Below, in pieces: positions 37,431 to 50,402 of a stretch of DNA of 64,000 nucleotides (position 1 is its first letter; every line of letters begins with the position of its first letter). This DNA is from Gnetum montanum (taxonomy: Eukaryota > Plantae > Gnetophyta). The position numbers and the translations under genes are program-made. Location: NCBI GenBank assembly GCA_015680685.1, contig MNCI01003186.1, positions 833,570 to 897,569 on the forward strand, given 5' to 3'. The notes below the pieces were generated by a model, which did no database searches, was not told the DNA's origin, and saw only the letters and a program-made list of their open reading frames with translations.

Positions 37431-38402
37431 ATGGCTCTATGGGATTGAAAGATCCTCTCTAAAAATGATATTGGATGATTTCATGTGAACGGTTGCATTG
37501 ATTTGGCATAGTTGAATTAGCAAATCATCTTGATGACCCCATGGAGTAGTGTTAGGTGCATGCTTTCTCTGCCTTATCACCAATTCGATCACTTAGTAGT
37601 GTATGGGTGGTAGTTGTGAGTTCACTTGGACATGCCGAAAAATGAAGAGCATGTACACTCTCTTTTTCTCTATGCACTTTCAAGTGCCTTATTGTTCATT
37701 GTAGATCACGGGCTCTTATATTTGGATGACTGTTTCATGGTTGTTACATCTCAAAAATAAGCTTTTGTGGATTCAAAGACTTATGTTGCACCTTCCCTTG
37801 GAGTAACTTGTTGAGTTAGAGTGCATGCTCAACCTCAGCAATAAGTTCTCCAAGGGTTAGGAGTAGTTAGATAGATGTTTCAGGCTCATGCCTCAAAAAT
37901 CTATTGTTTTGACCACCAGACACTCTATCTCTAGATTTCACAAAGGATTTTTTGATTGTGTGATCACTTAACAATGAATTTGGGTATCTGGAAGCCTACA
38001 TCTTATGAGGCTTGTTTCTTTATCCTTGGGTGTGATTGTTCAAGATGTTGCAATATTTGAGCCACCACTGATGGCCCTATGGGAATGAAAGATCCTCTTT
38101 GAAAATGATATCGTATGATTTCATGCAAATGGTTGCATTAATTTATTGTGGTTGAGGTAGCAGAGCATCTTGATGCCCCCATGGGGTAGTGTTCGGTGCA
38201 TGCTCTCTCTATCTTATCATTGATTTGATCACTTAGTAGTGCATGGGTGGTAGTTGCAAGTTCACTTGGACATGCCCATGAATGAAGAGGGTGTACACTC
38301 TATTATTCTTCATGCACTTGCGGGTGCCTTGTTGTTCATTGGGGATCGGGGGTTTTAATATTCAAGTGACTATTTTGTGGTTATTACATCTTAAAAATAA
38401 GT
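37431..38402 (+). repeat. ~640-bp ETS repeats of unit 2 (second copy interrupted by LTR element, resumes 45049-45520)
   Basis: Copy starts at 37431, 38070, 45361; AAAATAAG|CTTT..GGATTCAAAG is split by the insertion. Confidence 0.88.
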
Positions 38403-39195
38403 TTATGAGTGGCGAGGTACCCCTACACTCAATCATATGAATACAAGCATCTCATGCACGATGCGGTCGAACAAGGACTAAGTGCTTACATGTCTCAATG
38501 GAATATTTAAGGTTAATCAATCATTGTCTTCCCAAACTTACTTGTATTATCACTCTTGTATGATTAAGTAAGCCTGAGGTATATGATTTTTATATCTTTT
38601 ATCTTTTTAATATCTTATGCTAATAGGGGAAGGTGAAGAGACTAAGTGACTAACTTTCATTAACTATTCACTAACTAAGTTCTAATTGTCCTAGCACCAG
38701 TATCTGTTCCCACTTGCCACACACACCCTAAACCAGTGCAACGTTGCTGGGATTACAAAATGCTACTCATTATGGCATTACCAAGCATTACACATGTGCT
38801 TGAAGTGGTTGTATTGAATGCACTTAACTAGGAGAGTCAAGGGTTGAAAGAGATTGATTATCTAGGAAAGCATTTAAACATTTAATAATAATTAAATACT
38901 ATTTAGCTTAGTCCATATGCTATAAGGTTTATTAGAAAGTTCATATTTATTATCATATAGAAATATGTTCTCAGGTACAATTTTCTCGAATAAAGATCCA
39001 TTCACTTTAAGATTCCTACTATGGGCACATGGAAATTATTCTAACTCTAGAATGGTAAAACTACTATAGTTTGGCTATGGTCTAAGTCTAAGTGCCTAAA
39101 ATAGGAAAATCTGCCTCTTATTTATAGATTTTGTGGTGGGCCACGATATCACGTACGTGATATAGTAAGGGCAGATGCGATATCGCAGCTCATCA
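38403..39195 (-). repeat. 3' LTR of Athila-like element 1
   Basis: TTATGAGTGGCGAGG...GCTCATCA; direct repeat of 44261-45048. Confidence 0.9.
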
Positions 39196-40982
39196 TACCC
39201 CCATGACTAAATGGAAACTCATCCTCGAGTTCCTTACAAAATATTGGGAAGGTATGGGATTATTGACTCGAATGAAACTAATGATGAATGGGGTGACATG
39301 TGAACAGATCATCATTACAATACATGACAAAATTAGTGTTCATGGAAACAAGAGTGAACACTATACACAATTGACATCTAGCCTTATTTTGCAACTAAGA
39401 GAGAAGAGAAAAGAGAGAGAGAGAAAAGAAAAAGTCTATTGCTGCCAACACCAAGATTGCACTTTTCATTGTGCATCCATAAGTGCGCCATGAATCTTAT
39501 TCCTTGCATAACTACTCTAACACCAATCCATTCCAAGTATTCCCTCCAAATCCAATCCATTGGTGTATGATTTCCATTTGCACACACAACATAGTCTTTA
39601 ATTAGCAAGGTTAAATGAATCACAATGCAGTTAATACCTTGTCAGTGTAAGGTCCATTGGTTGAGTTGTGGTATGGCTAATGCAAATTTTGGAGATATAA
39701 CACTGGTGACTACCCAAGGTGGAGGGGTTTAGAGAAAATCAAAAAAATTAGAACAAGACCCCCATGACTAAGAGCGAACCTCTAGTAGCAAGAGAATGGA
39801 AAAAGATAAGGAATAAGAAAGATGAAGTAAAAGAAACAATGGAAACACCAATAAAAATGGATGTCAGGGATGGAGAAGAACAAAATAAATCTTGATTGCA
39901 AAAATGTTTAAGGGAAGGAAATTAATGAATGGACCAGATAGGAATGCCAGTGGGTCCTCCCCAAAGTAGGTGCATGCTCTTAATACCCTAACAATCCCAC
40001 ATTCAAAGAGTCCATAGGCTCTGGAAATGCCATTTGGAATCAAGAGTTAAAGTCTTAACCAAAAGAATTTACCAAAAAGAAAACAATGCATCAACAAAAA
40101 TATAGACTATTGATACAATTGACAATGAGGTGAAAAATGGAGAAAGAAGGATGAAAATAAGAGAATGGAATGAAGTCTCAAGAACAAGGTGGTGTACAGC
40201 CCCTTGTGTATTAATGGTTAATGTGACTTAGTAGATCTCATTCCAAATCTAGCCTCAAACAATCCATATCTAGTGACTTCACATTAATACATTTGGCCAA
40301 TCCATCCACTTGAAGTAACAAGAATGCCTCCGCCAAAAATTTACCACCATTCTCACAAAATGAAAAAGGAGAAAGTAGGAAGTGAGAAGAGGCCTTAGTT
40401 AGAGGGAACATGTTTATTTAGTTTCATAACAAGTGCTTGTAGCCCAGATGATTATTCTGTTTAAGGGGTGTGCTTTGAATTCTCACTATTTTTTTTATGT
40501 GTGAGAACCACACCATGCAAAGACCTATTATTTTTATTAGCTCAAATTCTTGATAATGGAGCAACATCGGAATGGTACAGAAGACCCAAGAAAGAAGCAT
40601 CCAAGCACCCAAGAGAATGGCCAACACAAATGCATCAAATCCCCTTGAATTCACACCCTTTTCAATTCTTGAGTCCTTCCTTAGTTTGAGAAATGCCCAG
40701 TCACCGATTTGTTGATAGTTCTTATTATTGAATGAAAGGGACTGTACAGTTCCAAGCCAAGAGAGACCATAGAAATTCATGGATGCATGGATGATATGGA
40801 CTCATTGCCTATTTGAAGTTTTTAGGAATTTGCAGCTTCCCCCTATTGATGTTTTTAGGTTAAGGGTTGGAAGTTGGTGACACTCGTGCTCCAGTGCATC
40901 TATGCTTTCGACGTGACACAAGTTGTCACCTAGTTAGTTCCATGCACATTGGTGAGTTGCTCTCTTGATCAGCTATCAACGA

Positions 40983-43160
40983 CTAGTTGTCTTCTTGTTG
41001 TGTGGTTGCTACATATAGACACTTTTTTATATTAATTTCTTGGGCACACCAGTTGCATGCAAGCAATGTTGAACATTCTTGTACGCAATCACACCCTGTA
41101 TCACTATATGTGATGCATGGAACTTTCTTCCTCTCAATCTTCCCAAAAGTATTTTCCTTAGATATTTCCATCAAAAGATCGTAGATTCTTAGGCATGCAT
41201 TTATGGTACTTAGCCATGCCCTTCCCATTATTATTGGAAAGTCCCCTTTGTCATTGTTTACTTGTATCACTAGGAAATTAGCTAGGTATGACCACCCACA
41301 CATAGTGGTAATGATGTCCTCCACTAGTCCCAAGGGAACAGTGATGGACTGGTCAGCCAACTCTAAGAAAATATTGCTCTTCTTTAGTCAGGGTAGGTTC
41401 CAGGCTTTATACATCTTTTGTGATATTAAGTTAACTCTAGAACCTGAGTCCAGAAGAGCTTTACATGGTTCATTCCTAGTGACGTGGAGATAGATTAAAG
41501 GGCTTTTGGGGTTAGAGAATTTCCTAGAAAGATGTCCCTCCTTGATCTAGTTAGTGATGACATGTGTTAACATAACTGTGTGTGTTGATCTCTATTTTTG
41601 GTTTGAAGGGAGATCTAAAGCCTTATTTGATGGAGAAGCATTCAAAGGCTCAACCGCTTCTAGTTGTGAGAGCTTGCTTAGACTATTGCTTCTAAAGAAA
41701 GGTCTTCTCTTTGTACAATTGTCAAAACTAGTAGTGAGTTGAAGGTTTACAGCTTTGGTAGCATTTCATTGCTACGGTTGAGTGGGGAGTTTCCCTTGGA
41801 TTGCTGGAGCGGGTGGTAATGGAGCTATTGGTGTGATAGTCACGGATGGGTTTGGAGGATGGTACATATTTTGGTTTTCTCTCCCAAGAGAAGGAGTCCT
41901 ATAATAGTCCTAAGCTTGGTAGTGATGTTGTGGTGTCATGTGACCAACAGAGTCACATGGAGAGATTGGTTGCTACACGTAATAGCCATATGGATCTAGT
42001 TGCCAGTAAGGGTATTGTTTCCTTGGTGGTTACATCCCCCTTGACTATGGGTATTACCACTGCTGGTGTTGCTTAATGGGTTGTGGTAGAGTTCCACTTG
42101 GGTAATACATTAAAGTTTGGTTGAAATACCTTGGGTTACCTTGGGGATAAGGCAACCGTCAGGGTGCTTGCCATTTGTTAAGTCATGGGTTGAGTGCATA
42201 CACCCCAGACTCTTGTAGGTGTGAGATTATTGGGCAACATCCCTTAGGATGGTTATATTGGCATATCTCACATCCACCGTCATTGTCCTTATCAGAATCC
42301 AAAACCTTTTCAGTGATGGACATTTTACCCTTTCCTTTGTTACATGCATGGTAGAATTCCCTCTTTTTATTTTTTTCATAGTCACTACCTCGCTCCTTAG
42401 ACTCCTCTACAATTTTAAGAACGGTTTCAAATCTACTATCTAGGGAGTTGCACATCTAATCTACCTTTACCAACACTTCTGTTGTTAGTTTTTGGAGTGG
42501 AAAGATTTTCCTATTCACCATCTCCTCAAGTGGTGACTCTTCCTCCTCCTCACAGAATCTTACTTCCTTTTTTTGGAGGGAAGGATCTCGGTTGTACTAC
42601 TCTGCACTTTCTCTCTTACATAGCTCTCTTTCTTCCTTGGCTACTTTCTACAGTAATCTATGAACCTGATGGGACCTAAGCTCTGATAATCTCCCTTGGG
42701 CATACGTTCCAAGGGTTCTCCTAGTTTCATACCTAAGTCTATCTACAAGATGGAATATTTGATCCTGCTACGAGTAACCATGGCCTGGGAAATGATGTAA
42801 TAGTGCATAATAATGGCCCATGGTAGCATCCAAGGGTTCATGACTTCCCTGCTTCCATCCTTGGATTTTCTTTTGCAGGTTGGACACCCAGGAGTACGTT
42901 TGATACTTATCATTAAATAGCACTAGCATTGTACTCCACCTTTGAATGGATTCTAGTTCTAAGGACTAGTACCAGCTTTCCACTTATTTTACTAGTGTCC
43001 TTGGAAACAACTTTAGCTTTCGCTATTCATTCTCAATGTTCTACAAGGCACATGCATCATGAAATGCTTGTAATTGATTTTGAGGATTAGTGTTGTATCC
43101 CCCCTCAAATCATGGGATGTTATTCATATCTAACCTCTTGGTCCTACTATCTTTTTGGTG
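40983..43160 (-). pseudogene. Degenerate gag - Zn knuckle - aspartic protease of element 1
   Basis: CEICQYNHPKGCCP knuckle (about 42230-42272), ALLDSGSRVNLI protease motif (about 41425-41460), ADQSITVPLGLVED...PIIMGRAWL; many stops. Confidence 0.8.
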
Positions 43161-44242
43161 CATTATGGGAATTCTTATGGCCTCCGTGATATCTAACATG
43201 CTTCGGGTTGTGTATAGGGGTTCTTCATGGTCATTTTTTTCATAGCGTCTATGATGCCTACATGGTTCCCTACTCTCCCTTCTTCGATGTCATGATTCTC
43301 TAGAGTGCCCTCATCCTCATTCCTGACTCTCTTGTTAAGGTTTCTCACTCTGGTTACCTTTATCCTAATGGTTAGGTTCCTTATGACTGCATCCTGATAT
43401 TGAAGGAGAGGGTGAATATGAAGATGAAGGTGAAGAAGAAGGAGAACCATCTCCATGATGATGTTTCCTAACTTCTCTTCAGTGGTCTCGATCCGGATCG
43501 TGATGATGATCAGACTACCTGTTCTTATCCTATGTTTTTATTAACTTGTTGAACACTTGGTGTTTGTGGGGATCAGAACTAGGGTTGTGAATCATGGAGT
43601 GAAGGTTCTGATACACCACCTCCTAACCATCGTTAGGAGGGGGAACCTCATTTTGTGGAAAACCTATTGAAATAGGTTCACCACCCTCACTTTCACTTAG
43701 AATGGGTGGAGTGTTATGGGGTCCTTTGCCCTTCAACGATGTATAGTATCTCTCCTATTGCAAGTACCTTTGATGTTTTCCTTCTATGAAATGATAGTCC
43801 CTTATGTCATGGTTGCATGCAATGTACTCTACGTACAACTGTGACATGCCTATTCGTGCAAGAGCATGAAGGAGCATGTTGGGAACTACTCGGTCTAGAG
43901 GCAATACTATGTTACCCTCTAGGTATCCCCAACGTAGTTGTTCATCTTGATGGAGAATAAAGGTAAATTTGGGTACATATTCATTGTGATGAATATATAC
44001 CACATGGAATTTTTGAGGAACTGACGGATCTTGATTACATGTGTTCTGCCATCGACTGTCTTTTGTGTTGGTCCTAGGCAGTGAAGTGCTTTTGTGCAAA
44101 GAAGAAGATATTTTAGTCTTTTTCAGTGTGTTGTTTACCGTTATCTTATTTTTTTCTCTTTGATCAATCCTAAGGGTTCATTCTAGTGTCCCAATGATGT
44201 GAATGATCTCCTATGTTCTACATAGTGCACAAACAACTAAGT

Positions 44243-44260
44243 CCCCGGTAATGACGCCAA
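44243..44260 (-). promoter_or_regulatory. Primer binding site (tRNA-Asp type)
   Basis: Minus strand TTGGCGTCATTACCGGGG is a deaminated TGGCGCCGTTGCCGGGG, the Athila-type PBS, immediately after the 5' LTR. Confidence 0.8.
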
Positions 44261-45048
44261 TGATGAGTGACAAGGTATCCCTACACTCAACCATACAAAT
44301 ATGAGCATCTCATGTGGGATTTGGTTGAACTCCAAGGACTAAGTGCTTACATGCCTTAATAGAACACTTAAGGTTAATCAATCGCTATCTTCCTAAACTT
44401 ACTTGCATTTTCACAGTTGTATGGTTAAGTAAGCCTAAGGTGTATGATTTTTATATCTTTTATCTTTTTAATGTATTATGCTAATAGGCGAAGGTGAAGA
44501 GACTAAGTGACTAACTTTCATTAATTATTCACTAACTAAGTTCTAATTTTCCTAGCACTAGTATCCATTACCACTTGCTGCACACACCTTGAACCAGTGC
44601 AACACTACTGGGATTACCAAACGCTACTCGTTACTGGGTTACCAAGCATTACACATGTGCTCGAAGCAGTCGTATTGAATGCACTTAATTAGGAGAGTTA
44701 AGGGTTGAGAGATATTAATTCTCTAGGAAAGAATTTGAACATTTAACAATAATTAAATCCTATTTAGCTTAGTCCATATGCTACAAGGTTTATCAAGAAG
44801 TTTGTCTTTATTGCCATACACAAATGTGTGCTCAAGTACAATTTGCTCAAATAAAGATCCGTTCACTTTAAGACTCCTACTGTGGGCACATGGAAATTAT
44901 TCTAACTCTAGAATGGTAGAACATCTATAGTTTGGCTACAATCTAAGTCTAAGTTCCTAAAATACGGAGAGTCACCTCTTATTTATAGATGTTCTGGTGG
45001 CCGCGATATTGCATACGCGATAGGTCAGCGTGATATCACAGCTCATCA
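44261..45048 (-). repeat. 5' LTR of Athila-like element 1
   Basis: TGATGAGTGACAAGG...GCTCATCA. Confidence 0.9.
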
Positions 45049-45534
45049 TAGGCTTTGGTGGATTCAAAGAATTACATTGCACCTTCCTTTGGAGTAACTT
45101 GTCGATTTTGAACACATCCTCAACCTTGGAAGTAAGTTCTCCGAGGGTTAGGAGCAATCGGATGGATGTTTCAAGCTCATGCCTCAAAAATCTATTGTTT
45201 TGAGTACTAGACATTCTGTCTCTAGGTTTCTCAAAGGAGTTTTTAGTTGTGTGGTCACTTAACAATGAATTTGGGTATCTAGAATTCTACATCTTGTGAG
45301 GCCTATTTATTTATCCTTGGGTGTGATTGTTCTAGATGTTGCGATATTGGAGCCACCACTGATGGCTCTACAGGATTGAAAGATCCCCTCTGAAAATGAT
45401 ATTGTATGATTTCATGTGAATGATTGCATTGATTTGGGGTGGTTGAGGTAGCTGAGCATCTCGATGCCCAAAAAGGGTAGCATCAAGTGCATGGTCTCTC
45501 TACCTTATCACTGATTCTCATTGGTTTACAGGGG

Positions 45535-46575
45535 GTTATGTTGATTGTATGCATTCCCCACCCTAGTGGTTGGATAGAGAGAGGATGGAAATGTCCTCAT
45601 CCTCAAGGAGAATGTGATTTTGAAGAGGTCCCTATGGCTGATCTTCATTTTTCATTCCTAATGTGATAATAGTATCATGTTTCTCAAGATGGCACATGTT
45701 TTCTATTCTTTCATTGAGATGATATGAGATTCAAACCATGTTTTGAGCAATGCTTCATAGTGGTTGCATTGCTGGGAGGCATCCCCCACCCTGATGGTTG
45801 GATAGAGAGAGGATGGAAACATCCTTTCCCTTCAGGATAATGCAATTTTGAAGTGTTGCCTATGGTTGGTCTTCGTTTGGCATTCATAATGTGATAATAG
45901 TCACATGTTCCTTGGGACAACACATGTTCCCTCTTGTTGCATTGAGATGAGATTTGAACCACATTCTGAGGCTTGGTTCAGTGTTGTTGCATTGCTGGGA
46001 CACATCCCTCACCCTAATGCTTGAATAGAAAGAGGATGGAAACATCTTTACACTCAAGGAGAATGCAATTTTGAAGTGGTGCCTATGGACAATCTTCGTT
46101 TGGCATTCATAATGTGAAGATAGTTGCATGTTCCTCGGTACGACACATGTTCCATCTTGTTGCATTAAATGAGATTTGAACCACATTTTTAGCATTGGTT
46201 CATAGTGGTTGCATTGCTGGGATGCCATCCCTCACCATGGTGGTTGAATAGAGAGAGGATGAAAATGTCATTTCCCTCAAGGAGAATGTGATTTTGAAGT
46301 GGTGCCTATGGCCGATCTTCATTTGGAATTCATAATGTGATGATAGTTGCATGTTCCTTGGTAGGGCACATGTTCCCTCTTGTTTCATTGAGATGAGATT
46401 GGAACCACATTTTGAACATTGTTTTATAGTGGTTGTGTTGCTGGGATGCATCCCTCACCCTAATGGTTGGATAGAAAGGACAAAAATGTTTTGGTCCTCG
46501 AGGAGAATGCAATTTCAAAGGGGTGCCTATGGCTAATTTTCTTTTCACATTCATAATGTTGATGATGGTTGCATG
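45535..46575 (+). repeat. ~224-bp tandem repeat x5 (5' ETS of unit 2)
   Basis: Copies near 45535, 45763, 45986, 46208, 46432; colinear with 18892-19935. Confidence 0.88.
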
Positions 46576-47323
46576 TACCTTTTGATGGTACATGGCTTAC
46601 GTTGTGATGTGAACAATGCCTTCGACGTCAGTTCATATTTGGTTTTGTGTTGCTAGGATGCATCTTCTATTTTGCAGGATGCAATAGTGATCAAGTACAT
46701 GCAAATGATTGCATTGATTTGGTGTGGTTAAGGTAGTAGAGCATCCCGACTCCCCCATGGGGTAGCATCGGGTGCATGTTTCCTTTTCCTGATCATGGAT
46801 TCGATCACTCAGTAGTGCGTAGGTGGTAGATATGAGTTCACATGCACGTGCCAGGGAATGAAGAGGACTTAGGTTCTCTTGTCCTTCATGCATGTTCCCA
46901 TGCCTTGTTCTTTAGTGGGTGTCCTGAGGTGGCCTTGGATGATGTAGCATGTGCTACTCCCTACATGGAACGTTGCTCTCTAGAGAAGCATTTTTGAGGA
47001 AGTTCTCTCAAGTCTGGTTATCCTACCAGGAATCTTAGAACCTGTAGGCATACCTCGATGTCAAGCATTTGTGTAGGAATGCTGGATGGTATGGGCAATA
47101 AGCTATGTGCTTGTGTGACACCCTTTGCACCCACACATCCATGGTCAAGATCAAGGCTACATTTTTTGCTGATTACAATGTCACATTTCCTAGGCATGCA
47201 ATTGTGCAAACCAGGAAATGGTGCTTGCAAAAGATGCTATGCAAAATCGGTGTGGGGAGGGTCGTTAGTGCCTTTTTAAGTAAGGAAGGATGATGGTTCC
47301 CACTGCACGGGTGGCCATGGCAT

Positions 47324-49136
47324 TACCTGGTTGATCCTACTAGTAGTCATATGCTTATCTCAGAGATAAAGCCATGCATGTCTAAGTATGAACTACCTCA
47401 AACGGTGAAACTGTGGATGGCTCATTAAATCAGTTATAGTTTCTTTGATGGTACCTTACTACTCAGATAACTATAGTAATTCTAGAGCTAATACGTGTAG
47501 CAAATCCTAAATCTTAGAAGGGATGCATTTATTAGATAAAAGGCTGATGCGAGCTTGCTCGTTTGCTCGATGAATCATGGTAACTAGATGGATTGCATGG
47601 CCCTTGTGCTAGTGATGCTTCATTTAAATTTCTACCCTATCAACTTTTGATGGTAGGATAGATGCCTACCATGATTGTGATAGGTGATGGGGAATTAGGG
47701 TTTGATTCTACAAAGGGAGCTTGAGAAATAGCTACCACATCTAAGGAAGGTAGTAGGCATGCAAATTAGCCAATCCTGACATGGGGAGGTACTAACAATA
47801 AATAACAATACTGGGCTCATCATGTCTAGTAATTAGAATGAGTACAATTTAAACCCCTTAATGAGGATTCATTGGAGGGTAATTTTGATGTTAGCAACCA
47901 TGGTAATTCTAGCTCTAATGGCATATATTTAACTTATTATAATTAAAAAGCTCATAGTTGGATCTTGGGATGGGGTAGTTGATCTATTGATCTAGTGTGC
48001 ATTGACCACTCCCTTCCCTCTAATAGCAATGTGGTCATAGCCTTAATTGGCTAGGTCGTGGCTCCGATGCTATTACTTTGAAAAAATTAGAGTGCTCAAA
48101 GCAAGCCTATGCTTTGAATACATTAGCATGGAATAACATGATAGGATTTTGATCCTGTTATGTTGGCCTTTGGGATCAGAGTAATGATTAATAAGGATTA
48201 TCAGGAACATTCATATTTCATTATTAGAGGTGAAATTCTTGGATTTATGGAAGAAAAAATACTATGAAAGCATTTTCTGAGGATGTTTTCATTAATCAAG
48301 AATGAAATTTGGGGGCCCGAGGATGATCAGATACCATCCTAGTCTCAACCATGAACGATGCCAACCAGGGATCAATGGATGTTTCTTTTAGAACTTTTTT
48401 GACACCTTCTGAGAAATTAGAGTGTTTGGGTTCTAGGGGGAGTATGGTTGTAAGGCTGAAACTTAAAGGAATTGATGGAAGGGCACCATCAAGAGTGGAG
48501 CCTGTAGCTTAATTTGACTCGACATGGAAAACTTACCAAGTCTAGACACAATAAGGATTGATAGATTAAGAGCTCTTTCTTGATTCTATGGGTGGTGGTG
48601 CATGGCCATTCCTAGTTGGTGGAGTGATTTTTCTGGCTAATTCTGTTAATGAATGAGACCTTAGCCTACTAACTAGCTACATGGTGGTATGACCTTCATG
48701 GATATCTTCTTAGAGGGACTATGGCCACTCAAGCCATGGAAGTTTGAGGAAATAATAGGTCCATGATTCCCTTATATGTTCTGGGCCACATGCATGCTAC
48801 ATTAATGCATTCAGTGAGCTTCTTTCCCTGATCTAAGAGGATTGGGAAATCTTGTGAAAATGCATCATGATGGGGATAGTTGTTTGCAATTATTGATCTT
48901 CAATGAGGAATTCCTACTAAGCATGAGTCATCAGCTCATGTTGACTACGTCCTTGTCCTTTGTACACACCATCCATTACTCCCACTGATTGAACGATGTA
49001 GTGAAATGTTTGGATTATAGTGATGATGATGGTTTCACCATCATCGATGTCCTGAGAAGCTCATTGAACCTTATCATTTAGAGGAAGGAGAAGTTGTAAC
49101 AAGGTTACTATAGGTGAACCTATGGTAGGATCATTG
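47324..49136 (+). rRNA. 18S rRNA pseudogene, unit 2
   Basis: TACCTGGTTGATCCTACTAGTAGTCATATGC ... GTAACAAGG...GGTGAACCTATGGTAGGATCATTG. Confidence 0.96.
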
Positions 49137-50038
49137 ATGTGAAAATTCTTTTGTCTCATTGGTTATGATCTTATGTTTCTATCGTAGTGATGAAGAATAC
49201 TTGGGGGACCTTGTGCAGGGCATCCATGATGGTGGTGCCACACTGGGATGGGACTTCATGCAATGCTCATGGGGAGAGAATGCACTTGGCTAGTGCATGA
49301 GATGTTGCATTTGAATTACACCTCACACATTTGATGCATCAATGCCCTGAAGGGCACATCATATCCTAGGTAGATTTTAGGGGAAAAAAGGGGATCATCT
49401 AGAGCATTCAAAGGAGGGGGCTTAAGTTCCCTCTCGATGGAGGATGTGTTGGCCACAGTTGCTATCGTCTGTTGAGGATAGACAAGGAGATGTTTATTTT
49501 TGAAGTGGAAACCTACGAATGGAGAATCTATGCCTAATTGAGAAAATCATGGTGGTTCTCGAGCTCTATGTTCATGATCAATGAGTTTCTTACAAATAGC
49601 TTTAAAAATACAAGGCTGGATGTGAGGGGGACATACAAGGGTTGCTCTTTTTCTTCCCAACCATCCAATTCTATGAAGAGAGGGGCACATGGGAGGGAGA
49701 GGATAAGACATGATGGATGGATGTAGTTCCCTTCTCTTATCACATGTGTTCTAGGTGAAACGTTACCTTTGGCCTCTAGGTTACAGGGTACGTCATTGCT
49801 TTGGGAAAATGTGGGGTAGTTGGGGCCATTATGCTGAATAGCTATGGTGTTGGTGGTTCACGAGTTCTCATCCCACCCATTTGTGGTTGAGTATTAGGGT
49901 TGTTCTTTGGAGGGTGGTCACATCCATTGGATGCCACCTGCTTCTTTTTCCCCAATGCAAGGGTGTGAGTAGCACCAAGGATGTGACAAACATCTACGGT
50001 GTCATTGCAGCGATCAACCGGGGTTCATTACCCCAACC
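49137..50038 (+). other. ITS1 of unit 2 (~900 bp)
   Basis: Homologous to 22494-23384, with reciprocal small indels. Confidence 0.88.
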
Positions 50039-50194
50039 ATGACTCTCAAAAATGAATACCTTAGTTCTCATTTCAATGAAGAATTTAGTGAAATGTGATA
50101 CTTTGTGTGAATTACAGAATCCCATGAATCATTAAATCTTTGAACGCAAGTTGCACCCGAGGCCTAGGTCAAGGGCACATCTACCTAGGTTTCA
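50039..50194 (+). rRNA. 5.8S rRNA pseudogene, unit 2
   Basis: ATGACTCTC...ATGAAGAA...GAATTACAGAATCCC...TCTTTGAACGCAAGTTGC. Confidence 0.92.
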
Positions 50195-50204
50195 TGAAGA
50201 TCCT

Positions 50205-50371
50205 CAGCAATGAACAACCAGCTCAGAACTAGCTCAAGCAAGTGGAATATGACTATTTAATTAAAATAAAGCATTGCAATGGTCCATACAAATGTTGATA
50301 CAATGTGATTTCTGCCTAGTGCTTTGAATGTCAAAGTGAAGAAATTCAACCAAGCATGGGTAAATGACAAT

Positions 50372-50402
<31 letters not shown>

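Larger units (their letters stand above)
38403..45048 (-). mobile_element. Athila-like Ty3/gypsy LTR retrotransposon, non-autonomous (gag-protease only)
   Basis: Two ~790-bp LTRs with TGATGAG...CTCATCA termini, PBS next to the right LTR, PPT-like GGGGG next to the left LTR, degenerate 5-bp TSD TAAGT/TAGGC (spacer consensus TAAGC), gag and protease homology. Confidence 0.93.
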
